Positions 62,301-64,000 of a stretch of DNA of 64,000 nucleotides are shown piece by piece. Source of the DNA: Hyphochytrium catenoides (taxonomy: Eukaryota > Protista > Hyphochytriomycota); the NCBI GenBank assembly GCA_900088475.1, contig FLMG01000988.1, positions 1 through 64,000 of the forward strand, in the 5' to 3' direction. Position numbers and translations under genes: made by a program. The first letter of the stretch is position 1, and the number at the start of each line of letters is the position of its first letter. The notes beneath the pieces are model-generated. The model saw nothing but the letters and a program-made list of their open reading frames with translations, had not been told where the DNA came from and searched no databases.

Positions 62301-64000
62301 TTCTCCCCTGAGATTTCCTTCTTCCCCAATCCTTCTCCGACCCACCACATAGAGGCGACCAAGATCTTCCATTACGCTCTCTAGAGAGCCAAACACATCA
62401 ATTGTGCTCGCATTGCATTGTAAGGCGGCTGTAGTTGACTGGTGAGGAGGAGCCTCACAAAGAATATCGGTTCCTGCTTCCAACCGCACCTACAAGAACA
62501 AAAAAGACATGAGAAACGACGGCTGGAATATGTATACCCAACACTACTGAACATACCCGGAAAAGCTCGGAACTCCTTCCAAACTTACTAGACAGGGAGA
62601 GAGAAGACAGAGAAATCAGGGTGTTTTCTTGGCCAAACATCATTCCAGGACCGAACAATACAGGGATGACGGGAGCTGAGGTCATCATAACGTGTAAGCC
62701 AACCGTGGAAATCTGCTTTCCTGGAAGTTGCAAACTAACATTCACCAATCCTATTAGTGGCTCTTGCCGAGCTAGTTCGCTGTTTCGTACAGGTAACAGC
62801 TCCAGGGAGGCCAGTGTTCGATTAAGATCAAGGGCCGTTCCTTCGACTGTGAGCGTAGTCCATAAAGGATCTACGGCAAAACTTAGACCCATCTCCTCAA
62901 TCTTTTCCCATCGTAGCTGACTCAAAGAGAAAGGACAGTGGCTCTGAAATATCACCTCTGCGTACTCTGAATCCCTTAGCTCCACGAATGAGAACTCGCG
63001 CTCGGCACGTTCCCCAAGGACAGAGCCGCATATGGGCACCATGCTATCCCTGATCATTCTAGCAACCACTTCCACTGAATTAGCGGTGGGATCTTCTAGT
63101 CTAAGAAGCCCTGCCTGGACCAATGGAGTCTTCTCGGAAGGTGGTGTTATCATCAAAGAGAGCCCGTTCCCGCCGACCTTCTTCCAAGCCTCAGACAAAA
63201 TGAGGCCATCAGCCGGTGTCCTGACTACGAAGTATATCCTAAACGTCGATTGGGCCTCCTCAGATTTTGCCCCTTCCATTCTTACGAACGCCTGTTCCGA
63301 GCCCAGCGTTTGATCCAGGACTTCTTGCAATTCTGCAAGGGTAGCGTCAATGCTGAGAGGGGGAGACACGATTGGCTCCCTCCCTCTGTGCAAAATCTGT
63401 AAAGCAAACTGTCCGAAAGGAGGACTGGAACCATCGGCAACGGAGCGCACATGCAATCTGGCGCTTTGAGGTTGAGACAGGGAGAGCTTTGAAACATGTA
63501 ACAGGGGTACATCACTACAATGGTTGACGAGCGTAGTGGGAGGAAATGGTAAGCAGTAGAAAGGTCAAATAAGAAGAACGTGATTGGGAGAGGGAAAAAG
63601 TTAGCTCGTTCTGATTTGGGGTGGGTCCTCATCTTTCGTACCCGCGCTTTGATAGGAAGGTAACGGTCCAAGAATGGAACCCTTCCCTGGTGGTGCTTCG
63701 CTCTACGGATACTCTTCCAGTGTTTGGAAGATTCTCCAGCGCAGCTCGCAACTCATGCGAGGATGCTTCCAAGGAAATTGGAGTGGTGACTGCAGACTCC
63801 TCCCAAGGGTAACAGGGAAACTGCAGCTGGAATGTGCCCCAAGGCTTCACTGATCCCATGGAGATCACCTCGGTCGTGCTTTCCAGTGAGCCTGTCGTTT
63901 GATGATTACCCAATTAATCTCAGAGATGAGCTCAAGATACTAATCACTTCAAGTACGCGGGACCGAGACCAAAGATTACAATAAAGGACAACACTAAACG
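41394..64000 (-). CDS. Giant extracellular adhesin-like protein: cadherin-like repeats, two ELWxxDGT beta-propellers with Cys-rich inserts, and N-proximal beta-rich repeats; about 30 exons, 5' end outside the window
   Basis: There is a continuous chain of minus-strand ORFs. Frame-preserving GT-AG junctions were checked by hand at the 57095/56905 junction and for the introns between about 50500 and 42800; the rest are plausible but less rigorously checked. The protein has many (V/I)NDxP..ED..DxD..G.L..LN.AL..L.Y..G.D..V.D.G..G.GG units and 16 ELW motifs. It stops at 41394 after VPVQIT. Confidence 0.9.

Noticed and set aside
41590-63812. Many plus-strand ORFs of up to about 196 aa opposite the giant gene
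   Set aside because: They are antisense shadows of long coding exons, with no motifs or splice logic of their own.

Overview
This is eukaryotic nuclear DNA (about 50% GC, gene-dense, many short GT-AG introns). The PCNA sequence and protein repertoire suggest a stramenopile-like protist, but that is inference. Because genes are spliced, the ORF track shows only fragments, so gene models were assembled by hand from splice sites. Left to right: an MFSD1-like transporter (-, runs off the left edge); alpha-methylacyl-CoA racemase ending in -SKL (+); a possible small basic protein (-); an orphan multi-exon membrane protein with a Ser/Pro tail (+); an intronless split-PH-like protein (-); a CpG-poor gene-free tract between microsatellites; long-form RNase Z (-); an LRAT/NC-domain enzyme with a probable beta-trefoil, whose 3' end is tandemly duplicated (-); TAF9 (-); an intron-containing YdhF-like aldo/keto reductase (-); a decayed region; an ankyrin protein (+); an Na+/H+ exchanger (-); and PCNA with E2F-like sites (-). 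The last 22.6 kb is the 3' part of one giant gene (-), roughly 6,000 aa in the window by hand estimate. It is built from cadherin-like repeats and two ELWxxDGT beta-propellers. The most striking observation is its nested architecture, present twice: a six-cysteine module sits inside one propeller blade, and the propeller sits inside a cadherin-like domain. No rRNA, tRNA, CRISPR array or intact mobile element was recognised.
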